From Octopus vulgaris (lineage: Eukaryota), in assembly GCA_951406725.2 (NCBI GenBank), contig OX597815.1, forward strand, positions 115,382,001-115,446,000: DNA of 64,000 nt, given 5' to 3'. The position numbers and the translations under genes are program-made. Below are positions 41,390 through 55,193 of the stretch, in pieces (the first letter of the stretch is position 1; the number at the start of each line of letters is the position of its first letter). Below the pieces are notes generated by a model that was not told the DNA's origin, searched no databases, and saw only the letters and a list, made by a program, of their open reading frames with translations.

Positions 41390-41610
41390 TCAGTAAATCA
41401 TAAATCCGAAAGAGAAGGACACTTTAAGTTATAGAGCTGTAGATTATATAAAGATAGATATGGTTGGTCTATGGGATTACCCTGTGTTTCACATCCATAG
41501 AGAAACTTTAAGCTAACAGGTTTTAGGGTCTAAAGAAACACTGTAAGCACTTTATGGACATGAAACCCAGGGTAACCACATAGACTGGCCATATGTAGCT
41601 TCATCTCTCT
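41390..41610. repeat. Foldback repeat with a decayed hammerhead-like motif; related copy at about 54985-55135
   Basis: Arms about 41458-41501 and 41551-41594 are inverted. + strand reads ggt CTAAAGA ... GAAA cccaggg TA acc. Confidence 0.55.
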
Positions 41611-41611
41611 C

Positions 41612-41647
<36 letters not shown>

Positions 41648-41962
41648 TATATATATATATTCAAAGCAAAACCAATGTTTTAATTTACCAATATATAATG
41701 CACTTGGAAGTAATGCTTGTGTAGAGATGTTCCAAAGAGGCTAATCTATTTTATTTTAATTAATCTTACAATAGGTACAAAGTGTTCAATGATATCTTAA
41801 TAAAACTAAATGTAGTCAATGTTCTGAAGTTCTTTTAAAATTTTGACAGAAATTTGTGAGCTTCAAATTTCCATGTCTGTAAATATTATATGTGGTCTCT
41901 GTCTTCTCTAACTAATCTTTTTATTTACTAGCTTCTCTTGATTATTTCTCTTACATTGATAG

Positions 41963-42119
41963 CCATTGGTGACACCCTATTCTACTGCCAGTGATTCTGA
42001 AATTCTTGAAGATACTTCCTTTTACAAACAAGGCTCCAGACTTAGTATGTCTGCAAGTGAAGATGACCCTCCATCTGGAAGTAATACTCCAAAACGTAGA
42101 TTCAGTAGATTTCAGTTAG
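41963..42119 (+). CDS. unc80: unc80 coding exon F (157 nt, phase 0 to 1); not in the ORF track
   Basis: cattgatag|CCA ... TTAG|gtacat. Open frame PLVTPYSTASDSEILEDTSFYKQGSRLSMSASEDDPPSGSNTPKRRFSRFQL; phase continuity with exons E and G. Confidence 0.8.
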
Positions 42120-43356
42120 GTACATCCATTTATTTATTTTGAATTCTAGTAGAATATTGCTAACCTCTTTGAAATATGAGAATAATATTTCTATTCCATT
42201 GTTACTTTGTATTCACAGCTGCTGCCATCTGGGTTTTTACCAGTTTTTTTTTTTCTTGCTGTAGAAAATATTTCTGCAGTAAGGAAAAAAACCCAACTCT
42301 TTTATAATTGCATAAATTATGATTTATCTTCTCTTAAGTCATCTAATTTTAATTGATGTATAAATGAATTGTAAAATATATTTCATTTATTTCCTACTTT
42401 ATTTACTGAACGGCTCAAGAGGAAAAAGAGAATTTTTGGCAGATTCTCATTATTGACTCCATTATTTCAGTTAGAGAAAATAATGTTAATAAAACTTCAA
42501 TATTTTTATAACTTATACTTTCCACTTGCAGATTTTTATTTGAAAAAAAAACAAAACATTTTACTAATATTTTAGCTCATTTCTTCCCAGAATTATATAG
42601 ATTTTCTCAATGAATTTGATAGATTTAAAAAATAAACTTTTAATGATTTTACAAACTAAGTAAAAGATAAAAATTTTATGTAAAACATTATTATACCCAT
42701 GCTGTCAAAAATAAAATATGTTTAATTTTCATAAGGCTGAATTATTCCTAAAAAAATTTCCACTTACCTCCAATTTTTTTTCTGGGTTTGGATTGTTTAT
42801 TCTGTTTAATCTGTTCTATGTTTTTATCATTGTGGGGAAAATGTCGAAGATACAAAGAATACATAGAAAGTAGTTATTATGTCATTTAAAAACATCATAT
42901 TATTTAGTTAGATGTAAAAATTAATGGAAGTAGTATGTTGCTTTCATTATGAAAAACAGGAAGCATGTGGTATTTTACAGTATTAGATAGCTAAAAGATT
43001 CCATTAAGATGTTGCAATGTTTATCATCTGTAGATTATTAGACTTTAAATTTAAATGACTGATAGAAGCAACCAGATATATTGAACAACCTTGTAGCTTA
43101 TCTTAAAAAAAAAGAGGGAAAGAAAAGAAAATATGCCTTATTATTGACAAGAAGCTAGCAATGTTTTTGTATTAATACAATCCATTAGCAGGATCACTCT
43201 ACAAAGATCTGTTTGATCAATGCTTTTTATCTAATAACAAAAAACAATGACTGACTTGCTATTTTAATATTAATTTTTTTTCCTTAATTATTATCATACA
43301 CATAAGTAACAGTAACTTCATCAATTGTTATTTTTATCTATGTAAACCATTGTGTA

Positions 43357-43735
43357 TACTCTTTACTCTTTTACTTGTTTCAGTCATTTGACTGTGGCCA
43401 TGCTGGAGCACCGCCTTTAGTCGAACAAATCGACCCTGGGACTTATTCTTTGTAAGCCCAGTACTTATTCTATCAGTCTCTTTTGCCGAACCACTAAGTG
43501 ACGGGAACGTAAACATACCACCATCGGTTGTCAAGCAATGCTAGGGGGACAAACACAGACACACAAACACATACACATACACATATATATACATATATAC
43601 GACAGGCTTCTTTCAGTTTCCGTCTACCAAATCCACTCACAAGGCATTGGTCGGCCCAGGGCTATAGCAGAAGACACTTGCCCAAGATGCCACGCAGTGG
43701 GACTGAACCCGGAACCATGTGGCTGGTAAACAAGC
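43357..43735 (-). mobile_element. tRNA-derived SINE family A, near full length
   Basis: Reverse complement of 47343-47745; B-box-like ggttcagtccc, central microsatellite and (AAAAGAGT) tail. Confidence 0.9.
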
Positions 43736-44244
43736 TACACACACGCACACACACATATATATATATATATATTTACACTTATATATGCACACACATACAC
43801 AACATATATATATATATATATGTGTGTGTATGCACACACACATATGTTAGTCTATATAGATAAAATTAGCAATCAATGAAAGTTACTCTTACTTTTGTAA
43901 ATAATAATTAAGGTAAACATTTATATAAGAATGAAAAGTCAAGCACTGTTTGTAAAACATTTGAATGATTTAGAGGTACAGGCTCATTTGAAGACATGCC
44001 TTGGTCTGGAAGGTTAGTCTCCATGAAACACAGCCTTTTTGGTTTCCAGCTCAAAACGATAAAATGGTGGTGACATCAAATCTAAATTTTAAAAGGAAGT
44101 CACCTGTTTATCTACTATAACTCAGCCCGCTCTGACAGTGTTAAGGCGAGGCACTTAAAAATTAACCACGATGAAGGGGCTTTGAATCACTCTGTATATA
44201 TATATATATATATATATAAGGTATAAATATATATATATATATAT

Positions 44245-44499
44245 ATATAAGGTATAATAATAATAATAATAATTGTGTACAGTGCTCAGGTGCACTACAA
44301 CTCATCTAAAGTGTATATATAATCAGGTGAAGTGTCGGCGGATTTCGGAAAGCATGAGGGCCTTAAAAGATGCAGTGTCATGGCAGTCAACAACTGACGC
44401 AGGCAGTTTATTCCATGCTTCAGCAACTCTGAGCGTGAAAAAATGTTTCCGAAAGTCATGGGAGCTGTATTGTTTTCTGACTTTGTAGGCATGTCCACA
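44245..44499 (-). mobile_element. 3' fragment of the same CR1-group LINE family as 3111-4655
   Basis: Matches 3111-3440 (gtgaaaaaatgtttcc.gaagtcatgggagctgt...ttttctgactttgta) with an (ATT)n tail and a 3' UTR deletion; (TA)n flanks. Confidence 0.9.
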
Positions 44500-44519
44500 T
44501 ATATATATATATATAATAT

Positions 44520-45270
44520 TAAATTAGAGACAAAACCACTATTATGCAAATCAAACAAAGAAAGACTTAATCCAATACATAAATTAATTTATATTATTTA
44601 GAAATTTAACAATTATTAATATCCACTACGATCGTTTCATGTCTTCTTTTCATCACATCTTTGAGTAGTAGACATTCTTCAGGTGGTTTCAAATCAGACT
44701 CAATATTCAATAAACCATTAAATATTTATTATTCAGTAATAAAATATTTATTAATACAATGAAAAACCATCTATAATCTAACTATAATTAAAAACAGAAC
44801 CTAAATAACTAAAATAAATTATTATAATATGTACTACAAATCACTTAATATATTTATGATACTAGAACATAAACCAAAAATAGGGAGCTATTAAGGCTAA
44901 TATAAAATTATTATTTATCAAGAAACTTATTATATAAGTAAAGTAACTTGTGTCTGCATTTTATTTTGCGTTCATCACCAGTATTCAGTAAATTATCATA
45001 CTTATAAAATAAAATTTCCTTAAACTCATTAGAGCACCAATAACAAACATTTGCTCCTATAGTATATGATTTAGTTTTACTAATTATTTCCCAAGATAAA
45101 TTATAATTAATATTTTGGGATTTAAGTCTCCAAATGTACTTGCTAAGTCCAGTGGAGTTGATTAAGTTTTTATTTTTAAAAGAATTCAAATGTTGTGCGA
45201 TTCTTAATTTTATTTTAGAGGAAGTGGACCCTATATATATCGCGTTTGAGTTATTATTATTCTTATTCTT
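44520..45270 (-). mobile_element. Penelope-like element 3' portion: GIY-YIG endonuclease C-terminus plus terminal repeat
   Basis: AIYIGSTSSKIKLRIAQHLNSF..STGLSKYIWRLK..WEII..CYWCSNE..LLN..KCRHK (stop at 44911), followed by a hammerhead motif; (TA)n on both sides. Confidence 0.88.
44623..44686 (-). ncRNA. Type-I hammerhead ribozyme (canonical core)
   Basis: Minus strand: ccac CTGAAGA atgtct...agacat GAAA cgatcg TA gtgg. 4-bp stem I, 6-bp stem II, perfect palindromic stem III, GUA cleavage triplet. Confidence 0.85.
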
Positions 45271-45277
45271 ATATATA

Positions 45278-45316
<39 letters not shown>

Positions 45317-45652
45317 TTATTTCCATGTATTATCATCATCATTTTAACATCCATTCCTGCATGGGTCAGGCTGATTTTCTGCAGCCAGATGCTCTTCATG
45401 TTGCCAGTCTTCATTTCCTCATGACTAAACATGTTTTTACAGAAGATTGGAAGCAAAGAACACTGTTTGTATGATGGTGATATTTGCTTGTAACTGTCAC
45501 ATATTGTCAAGGCAAGGAGATAGTAACACATTACCTCCCCCCTCCACACCCACCCACACACATACACACACACATGCATACACATATCACACACACACAT
45601 GCGTACATATATCACACACACACACACATTTAAATACATACATTCATACATA

Positions 45653-45690
<38 letters not shown>

Positions 45691-45789
45691 CACATACATA
45701 CATACATACATACATACATACATACATACATACATACATACATACATACACATTCATGGTGGTGGTTGTCTACTCCTTATGCATGCTTG

Positions 45790-46740
45790 CTTCATTCCTT
45801 TCAAGTCTTCATAAGTCTTCTGCATTCAAGGCCCACATCTCACTACCATGAAGCATTGCAGTTTGAACTCAAGCATTGTACAATCTATCCTCTATTCTAA
45901 GAATGGGCTGGCAAAAGTTCTGCTGGCAACAAAGAAAACTTTTGTTACCAGCAGAACTTTTCCAACCCATTCTTACCCTAGTTTTTATGTTTTCAAAATT
46001 AACACTTCCACTGTTAATAATGCCATCTAGATAACAGAAGCTACCAACTACTTCTAGTGATCCTGCCAAGCATTTAAGAAACTCTATTTCTTGTATGCAC
46101 TTAGTACTTATTGCTCCATTTCATATGCCACATACAAAGCCTACTTTCTCTGTTAGTTTGCCTATAATTCATACCTACTCTCATTGTTCATATTGAGCAA
46201 GGCTATTTCTCTGATGGTATCTGGGTCTTGTCTTCTTTCCTACATACCAACACTTTAATGTTTGCTATGTTTACCTTGGTTCCTCTTGATTCTGGACTTT
46301 GCTTCCATGTTTAGAATTTCTTCTCCTACTCTACTACAGATTCAACTAAATCACCAACATGGAGTTTCCATGGACATCCAATCTTAAACTCCTTTGTGAT
46401 GGTCTGTGATAGGAAGGGAATGAAGACTGAGTCTTGATGAACACCTATCTTCATGCTAATTTTACTACTGAACTCATCACTGACACTCTTTTTAGTGACT
46501 GTATCTTTGTACATAGCTTGTAGAGCAGTCACAAGTCATTCATTTACACAGTTTCCTTATTGAACACCAGACTGCAGGGCATGGCACCATGTCAAAAGCC
46601 TTCTCCAACTTCACAAATACTAAGTATATAGCATACTGTTGCCTCACTAGGAAGCTGGCATAAGGCTGAATTGCACCTCAGCTAGGCTAATTTTGTTCTT
46701 GATCAATTGTGCTTTGACTCTTTCCATGACCTTCTCAAAC
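45790..46740 (-). mobile_element. Degenerate RTE-clade LINE RT fragment
   Basis: KVMERVKAQLI..EVQFSLMP, SDEF..IGVHQDSV and LEVVGSFCYL motifs with many disruptions. Confidence 0.75.
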
Positions 46741-47342
46741 ATATACACATACATACACACATACATACATGCATGCATACATACATACATACATACATAC
46801 ATACATACATACATACATACACACACATAATACATACATACATACACACACATAATACATACACATACATACATACATACATACATATATACATACATAC
46901 ACACACACACATAATACATACATACATACACACATAATACATACATACTCACAAACATACATACATACATACATACATACATACATACATACATTCATAC
47001 ATACACACACATAATACATACATACATACATACACACATAATGGCTATCCACTTGTGACCAAAGAAGACCATCACTGACCATTAAGAACATTGTGCACTC
47101 AGACAAAATTATACTTTACACTTGTGGATCCACTGGTGACTAATGAGCCCAGCTCTTGACAGACATGTCTGCAGATACTGAAGACCAAACTTCCTCCATT
47201 CACTACATTAGCTGTGTTTTTCAAGTACACTGCCGCAGTGGTCTCTCTCTCTCTCTCTCCCTCCCCCTCTCTTTCTCTCTCTCTCACTCATACACATACA
47301 TACATACATGCATACATACTTATATATGTACATACATACATA

Positions 47343-47745
47343 GGCACATGAGTGGCTCGTGGTAAGTAGCTTGCTTACCAACCACATGGTTCCAGGTTCA
47401 GTCCCACTACGTGGCACCTTGGGCAAGTGTCTTCTACTATAGCCTCAGGCCTACCAAAGCCTTGTGAGTGGATTTGGTAGACGGAAACTGAAAGAAGCCT
47501 ATCGTATATATGTATATTTATGTGTGTGTGTGTGTCTGTGTTTATACCCCCACCCCAACATCGCCTGACAACCGATGCTGGTGTGTTTACATCCCCGTAA
47601 CCTAGTGGTTCGGCAAAAAGAGACCGATAGAATAAGTACTAGGCTTACAAAGAATAAGTCCTGGGGGTCGATTTCCTCAACTAAAGGCGGTGCTCCAGCA
47701 TGGCCGCAGACAAATGACTGAAACAAATAAAAGAGTAAAAGAGTA
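47343..47745 (+). mobile_element. tRNA-derived SINE family A, full length
   Basis: A-box-like tggctcgtggtaag, B-box-like ggttcagtccc, ccttgggcaagtgtcttctact core and aaaagagtaaaagagta tail. Confidence 0.9.
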
Positions 47746-47755
47746 TACATACATA

Positions 47756-47791
<36 letters not shown>

Positions 47792-47926
47792 GTGTGTGTG
47801 TGTCTGTGTGTATATATATGTATATATATATATATATGTATGTATATATACGTATATATATATATGTATATATATGTATATATATATATATATATGTATC
47901 TATAAATATGTATCTATATATATGTA

Positions 47927-47961
<35 letters not shown>

Positions 47962-49639
47962 TGTCATTCTTCAACTTGTTTCAGTCATTGGACTGGGGCA
48001 CCGCCTTGAATAAATTTTTATTCAAATGAATAAACCCCTGTAGCTTCTTTTTTTTTTTTAAAGCCTGGTACTTATTATATAAGTCTCTTGCTGAACCACT
48101 AAGTTACAGAGACATTAACAAACCAACACTGGTTTTCAAGCAGTAGAGGGGGAAGGAAATAAAGACAGCCACATACACCCACATATATGACACTTCTTTC
48201 AATTTCCATTAACCAAATTTACTCACAAGGCTTTGGTTGGCCTGAGGCTATAGTAGAAGACACTTACCCAAGATGCTACGCTGTGGGACTGAACCTGAAA
48301 TCATGCAGTTGGGAAGCAAAGGCTGGTCAATACAATGATATATATATATATATACAGAGTATATCAAAATCCCTTTATTTTGGTGAGATCGTAGGTGTGG
48401 CTGATACCAATGTTGCATAACTGGCCTGTTCAAAAGTACTCTTCAATCATCAAGTAATATGCTGTGCTTGAGAAGACTTGTTGAGTCAAGTGAAGTTATA
48501 GTCATGGCTGATGCCAGTGCTGCCTGACTGGCACACGTGCCAGTGGCACGTAAAAAGCACTATTCAAGCGTGGCTGATGCCAATGCCGCCTTACTGCCTC
48601 CCATGCCAGTGGCACATAAAAAACACTCACAATTCCCTTGGAGTGGTTGGCATTAGGAAGGGCATCCAGCTGTAGAAACCTTACCAGATCAGATTGGAGC
48701 CTTGTGCAGCCTCCTGGATTGCCAGTCCTCAGTCAAACCGTCCAACCCATGCCAACATGGAAAGCAGGCACGAAACAATGATGATGATGACGGTATGTTT
48801 TTTTATGAACCTGGTCTTTTAATAATTAGCAGATTAACAAATCTATGCAAGTGACTTTCTTCTAAAATTTAGTTTTGATGTCACCCCACTCTATAAGTTT
48901 AAGTTGAAAATCAAGTTGAGAGAAGGATCCAGAAGTGTGTGTTTCACTGAAATCGTTTGACCTTCCAGGCCTAGGCAGGTCTTCACTTAAGCCTGTTACT
49001 TTAAATCATATGAAAGTTTCACAAAAGGCAACATGTTTAGGAGTGTTCTGATTTTGTTCTCTTTTCAACATCGTCTGAACTTGAGCAATTGTTTCATTAT
49101 ATTGTGCAATTTTTAGAACAAATAGTCTCTTATCATTTCATAACATTTTCCTAAATTATATAATGTGTATATACATACATGCATTTACACGCACACAGAC
49201 ATACACACATATACATGCACACATACATGTGCTCACACACAAACACACACATACAAAAAGAGATATTTACTACAAAACAGCTGAGATTGTATTAGAAATA
49301 TTCACAAAATCATAATAAAAATAAAATAGCAAACATTTTATATATCATTTATCACACACACACACACATATGCTCATTCAAATATACTCATGCACACACA
49401 CTACATACACACATATTTAATCTCAAGTATATTATTATATCAATTTATTGTGTGTTCAATATCAGGTTGGGCGCATTTATAAATATATTAACATGAGGTA
49501 AAGGGCATAAATCTTTAAGGTAAATACTCTTACTGAGAACTTACTACAGAAAATTTCAGCTTTAGTAAAGGTTTAAATTACAAAACTGTTAATATTTTTG
49601 TATGCTAATCTTTCTTATCATAATCTTACTTTTATCCAT

Positions 49640-51760
49640 GCTTACATGGAATAGATAGCAGACAGAGATGGGAAGTCATCTCCTCCACAGTATCTTACCA
49701 CTTGTTGCTGTTCTTTGTCATTTCCTTTATGAGGCTCGGCATTCTGAAATCAGCTTTCACCACTTCTTTCCACCTCTTCTACAAGTTTCATCTTTATGGA
49801 TTACTTTGCATTTCTTTACCCAAATGTCATCCTTTATACACATTGCACACCCATTCAAACAAAGTCTTCTGTCTTGCACCACAACATCTTATTCCTTCTT
49901 ATACTTATTTTTGTTCTCTCAGATCATTTGTGCTTTGTTGTTCATGTACAGTAACATCTAGTGGAACATATTCCATTTCTTTATAGCTTTTTCACACCCT
50001 CTCCATTCATTTCTCATCTTTTACTATGTTGCAGTATTGCACTTTAGAGCAGGCATTTTACAATTTGTCCTTTACTCAGAATGATAGTTACTTAGCTACC
50101 ATCAAAGGTGTTAAATCTCTGAGCTTGTTCCATCCTGTTCTTTTTCTAGATTCTATGCTTCTGAAATGCCCGTTTCCTCTACTGATCAGGTCATCTAGGT
50201 TACAAAAGCTGTCAACTACTTCTAAAGAGTCATCAAACCATTTAAAGGAACCCATTTCATGAGTGCTTTTACTACTAACTATGCCTGTATGTCTGCGACA
50301 TATAAAGTCCTCTTTTCTGTCAGTTTACTTGTGTTTCCACTGCATTTCTTCTTTTTCATAGTTTATCTTGGACACACATATCAAGTATGGCCTCTTCTCT
50401 GATGGCAGTAAAAATTTTCTTGCTATATACGATTTTTGTTTTTGCTAGGTTTACTTTAAAATGCTTGATTCTGAGCTCTGCTTTCATGTTCAGAACTTTT
50501 CCTTTAATTCTTTGACTGGCTTGAACTCATTTCATATGGCCTAGAGAAATATAATAAACAAGAATAAGCCTAGGACTGATCACTGATGGACACCACTTTG
50601 CATACTAAATTCCTTACTGAACTTGTACTTAATTCTCACCTTTCTGGGAGCACCCCTGCACATGACTTGCATAGCTATCATTAGTTATTTACCCACTGCC
50701 AGTTTCCTTAGCAGCCACCAGATTATGTATTGTGTAACCCTGTCAAAGACCTGCAGATCAGCAACTGCTTGGTATTATGGCTAATTCTTATCTAAAAACT
50801 TATGTAGCTATCTCATTATGAAGAGGGCATTGGAGTTATTGCATTCTGGTATAAACCCAAACTGCATCTCATCTAGGCTAATTCTCTTCCTAATGAATTA
50901 TGCTATAACCCCTACCTTCATTGCTCAGTCCATTATGCAGATACTGCTTTAGTTGCTTCTTACTAAAGCATCTCTTTTGTCCTTGTAGTAGTTGACAACA
51001 TTACATCTGTGCTTGTCACTGGAGGCAACACCTCCTTGCAGTACTTGATTTACTGTGTGAATGATGAGTGTGTCTGGCATTGTTGGATATTTTCTGGACC
51101 TCAGTGGCTGTTCTTGATTGTCTAGCCCTTTTCCTACCTTCATATTCTTAGTGATCATTTTGAATGTTGGGTCTGTTTGTAGTCCTTCTCTCATACATTC
51201 TTTTTATTTATCAATCTATCATAATAGCATTGCAAAACCTCTTTATTATTTGAATCAGTAAGGGCAAGTGTCCCACTGTTAGTTCATACACTTCATACAC
51301 TTTTCTTCAACAATGTCTGATTCATATTGACACTGCTTGGCAATGTGGATCACCTCACATTTCTAGTCATCTCATCATAGAACATCAGCAAACCATTCAC
51401 TTTCTGTTTAACTCCTTGCTAAGTATATCTGATGTCTAGCATCTCTTTTAGTTAGCTGATATTGTTCCTCGCATTTTCACCTTCATCCATTGTTTTGGGG
51501 CTTGTCTTTAAAATATTTTGTTCTATCCACTGTAGCATTCCACCACTATGTCATTTGGTAAAACTTTGCTCAGTCCATAAACTTGGTCTGTGGTCCATAG
51601 TAGATGACTTCATACAAAACTCTTAGTTCTTTTCTGTATTACAGCTCTCTATCTCTTCCTCTTTCCCATTATGGTTGACATCTTAGTTTTTCTTTGGATT
51701 TATATTTGACCAAAGAATCCTTCAGTTTCTATATCTTCCTTCTCCAGATTATCTGTCACT
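49640..51760 (-). mobile_element. Highly decayed RTE-clade LINE
   Basis: Minus-strand remnants LDEMQFGFIP, SMQSGVHQ*SVLG and the VNYYKDKRDAL..N region; related to 45790-46740. Confidence 0.65.
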
Positions 51761-53046
51761 TCAGTTTTGAGTCATATACAACATTTATAAACTCACATAT
51801 CTTATATACTTCAAAACTGAACGTTTTCAGCACATCCTCATACAAATAATCTCAATGCATCAACAAAACAAAAAAAAAAAATCAATATCTCAAAATCAAT
51901 GTGATAATCTACACTAAGAGAGTTACTTAAACCATGAGTCACACTAACCTTATCAAAGACCATAACTAACAACTGCTTAATCAATTAAGACCATCAATAA
52001 ACTTTGTGTGATTGAAAGTGGTAGGGAAGGTGGAAGAGAGTGCATAAGGCTTGAAAGTCTTCTTGTATTCTCTTCCCCCTAGTATAATGCCATTCAGAGT
52101 GATCCACTGAATTACTGACCACTTGCTAAAGAACTCACAACTATCACTGATTTTCTCCATTTTTATTCTTGTCTTTATACTCCGAATTTCTTGTAATTCT
52201 TATAAGTGATATTTGGATTTACTTGTCATGGATGTTAATTTACTTGGATGTTAATTGTGCTTGAATGTATTGGTATCTGATCATTTGATACAGTTAGCCA
52301 AATTCATTTAACACTGAGTGCTTTATAGATATCTGCCTGGATTTATTAACCCTTTTTACTTCTTATCATATGTATCATCATCATCATCATCATTATCATC
52401 ATCATCATCATCAGTGTCATCATCATCATCTTCATTTAATGTCCATCTTCATGCTGGCATGGGTTGAACTGTTTGACAAGGGCTGGTTAGCCAAAGGACT
52501 GCACCAAACTCCACTGTCTCTTTGACATGGTTTTTATGGCTGGATGTCCTCCCTTATACCAACCACTTTATAGAGTAGATTGAGTGCTTTTTACATGACA
52601 TAGCACTGGCGAGGTCCACTTTGGCATGTTTTTTATGGTTGGATGCCCTTCCTAATGCCAACCACTCTACAGACTATGGATACACACACACACACACACA
52701 CATACATATATATACATGGTGGGATGTATGAATGTATGTATTGTGTATGTATGTATGTATGTATGTATATATGTATATATGTATATGTGTGTGTCTATGT
52801 TTGCTCCTTACCACTGCTTGGCAACTGGTGTTGGTTTGTTTATATCACCATAACTTAATGGCTTGGCAAAAGGAATCAATAGAATAAGTCCCAGAATTGG
52901 AAAATAAAGTATTGGGGCTCTATTTGTTCAACTAAGACCCTTTATGGTAGTACCCTGGCACAAGCACAGTTTAATGACTAAAATAAGTCAAAGATAAAAG
53001 AGTAGGCTTAAAAGACATCAACACTGTCAGTATTTATCTTGGAAAG

Positions 53047-54013
53047 TTTAGCACGCTGGGCAAAATGCTCAGCGGTATTTTGTCTGTCTTTATGTTCTAA
53101 GTTCAAATTCCACCAAGGTCAACTTTGCTTTTCATCCTTTCAGAGTTGATACATTACATACCAGTTGCGTACTGGGGCCGATCTAATCGACTAAAATTTC
53201 AGGCCTTGTGCATGCCAGAAGAAATGCTTAGCAGTATTTTGTCTATCTTTATATTCTGAGTTCATATTCCACCAAGGTCGACTTTGCCTTTCATCCTTTC
53301 GGAGTCGATAAATTAAGTACCAGTTGCATACTGGGGTCGATCTAATCGACTGAACCCCTCCCCCAAAATTTTGGGCCTTGTGCCTAGAGTAGAAAAGAGT
53401 ATTCCTCTTGGAAAGTATATTATTTTTTTTCAGTTACTATTCACTCATTTCAGGTATAAAGCCCATTGTCTGTATTATAGTGCATTGTTGTACCATTCAA
53501 AACTTTTTATTCTTTATATTTATTATTATTAGTATTATTAGTATTATATCATTATAATTGAGATGGCATGCTAGCAGAATTGTTAGTGTGCTGGACAAAA
53601 TGTTTAGCAGTATTTCTTCTGGCTCTTTATGTTCTGAATTCAAATGGTGCCTAAGTTTACTTAGCTTTTCATCATTTCAAGGTCAATGAAATTACAAACT
53701 GAACACTTGGCTCAATGTAATCAAAGGCTGAAGTTATAGTCTTCCAACAAATTTCAGGCTTTGTACCTATAGTAGAAACGATTACTATTATTATGAAGAA
53801 GGTGGCAAGCTGGCAGAATTGTTAGCATGTGGAGTAAAATGCTTAGCAGTACTTCACCCATTGCTACATTCTGAGTTCAAATCCCACCAAGGCCAACTTT
53901 GCCTTTCATCCTTTTGGGGTTGATAAAATTAAATCCCAGTGAAAAACTGGGGTTGATGTAATCAACTAGTCCCCTCCTCCAAAATTTCAGGCCTTGTGCC
54001 TTTAATAGAAAGG

Positions 54014-54054
<41 letters not shown>

Positions 54055-54445
54055 GAAGGCGGTAAGCTTGCATTCATTAGCATGGTGTCCAAAATTCTTT
54101 GTGACATTTCATCTTTTTTTATGTTCTTAGTTCAAATTCCACCAAGGTCAACTCTGCCTTTCATCCTTTCGGAGCCAATAAAATAAGTACCAGCTGAGCA
54201 CTGGGGTCAATGTAATCAACTTACCCCACCACCAAAAAATTAATGGCCTTGTGCCAAAATTTAAAACCATTATTTTTAGTAGTAGTAGGTTTGTTAGTGT
54301 TAACACTATTGTTGGCATTCTTCACATATAGTATTCTTTCAGGGGTCAATTAAATAAGTACCAGTTACGCACTGGGGTCAATATAATTGACTATCCCACT
54401 TCCTCCAAAATTTTCAAGGCCTTGTGCTTAGAGTAGAAATAATTA
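53047..54445 (+). mobile_element. Head-to-tail cluster of about six SINE family B copies
   Basis: Repeated ttctgagttcaaattccaccaaggtcaactttgcctttcatcct...ggccttgtgcc units, mostly separated by (ATT)n tails. Confidence 0.88.
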
Positions 54446-55142
54446 TTTACATATAGAATGCTGACAGATTAACAAAATAATTACAACATCAAACAAAATG
54501 CCTCGCAATATTCTGATGCTTTATGCTCTGTGTTCAAATCACATTAAAATCAACTTTCTTTTTTCATTCCTCTAAACTCTGAATATAATAAGCCTCCAGT
54601 CAAATATTGAGGTCAATACAACTCAGTATTCCCCTTCCTACACACACACACACTTATTCAAGAACTGTCAATTCCATCTCTACACAGTGTTTCACACACA
54701 CAGTATGTGCTTGAGATCCTTCAGACAACATTGTCTGATGGGGAATTTGTAAGGTTGGTTCTGATTGGTTAAGGCAAGTATTGTAGAGGGCAGCAACTCA
54801 TAGTTATTGTTTTCAAGGGCAATTACTCTGCACATCTGGTTAAGATAAGCTAAAATGAAACTTGTGCATCTAGAGATTTGGGAAATTATTTCTGTTTGCA
54901 CCTTGGTGTATCAGATGATAAATGGTAACCAACCGTGAACGTGTGTGTGTGTGTGTTGTATATATATATATACTCATATATATTGTCAATAAATCATAAA
55001 TCCGAAAAAGAAGTGGCCATTTGCTAGAGGCCATAGGCCAACAGGTTTTAGGATCTAAAGGAATGCTGTAAAGCTAAGCAATTCATGGACATGAAACCCC
55101 AGGTCACCCCATAGACCGGCCTTATCTGTCTTTATCTATGTA

Positions 55143-55185
<43 letters not shown>

Positions 55186-55193
<8 letters not shown>

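Noticed and set aside
47343-47420. tRNA gene
   Set aside because: tRNA-like A/B boxes are SINE heads; no complete cloverleaf, and they run straight into the SINE body.
49466-49497. AG/GT-bounded 32-nt candidate exon
   Set aside because: In the required phase it reads G-W-A-H-L-stop, and it has no homology support.
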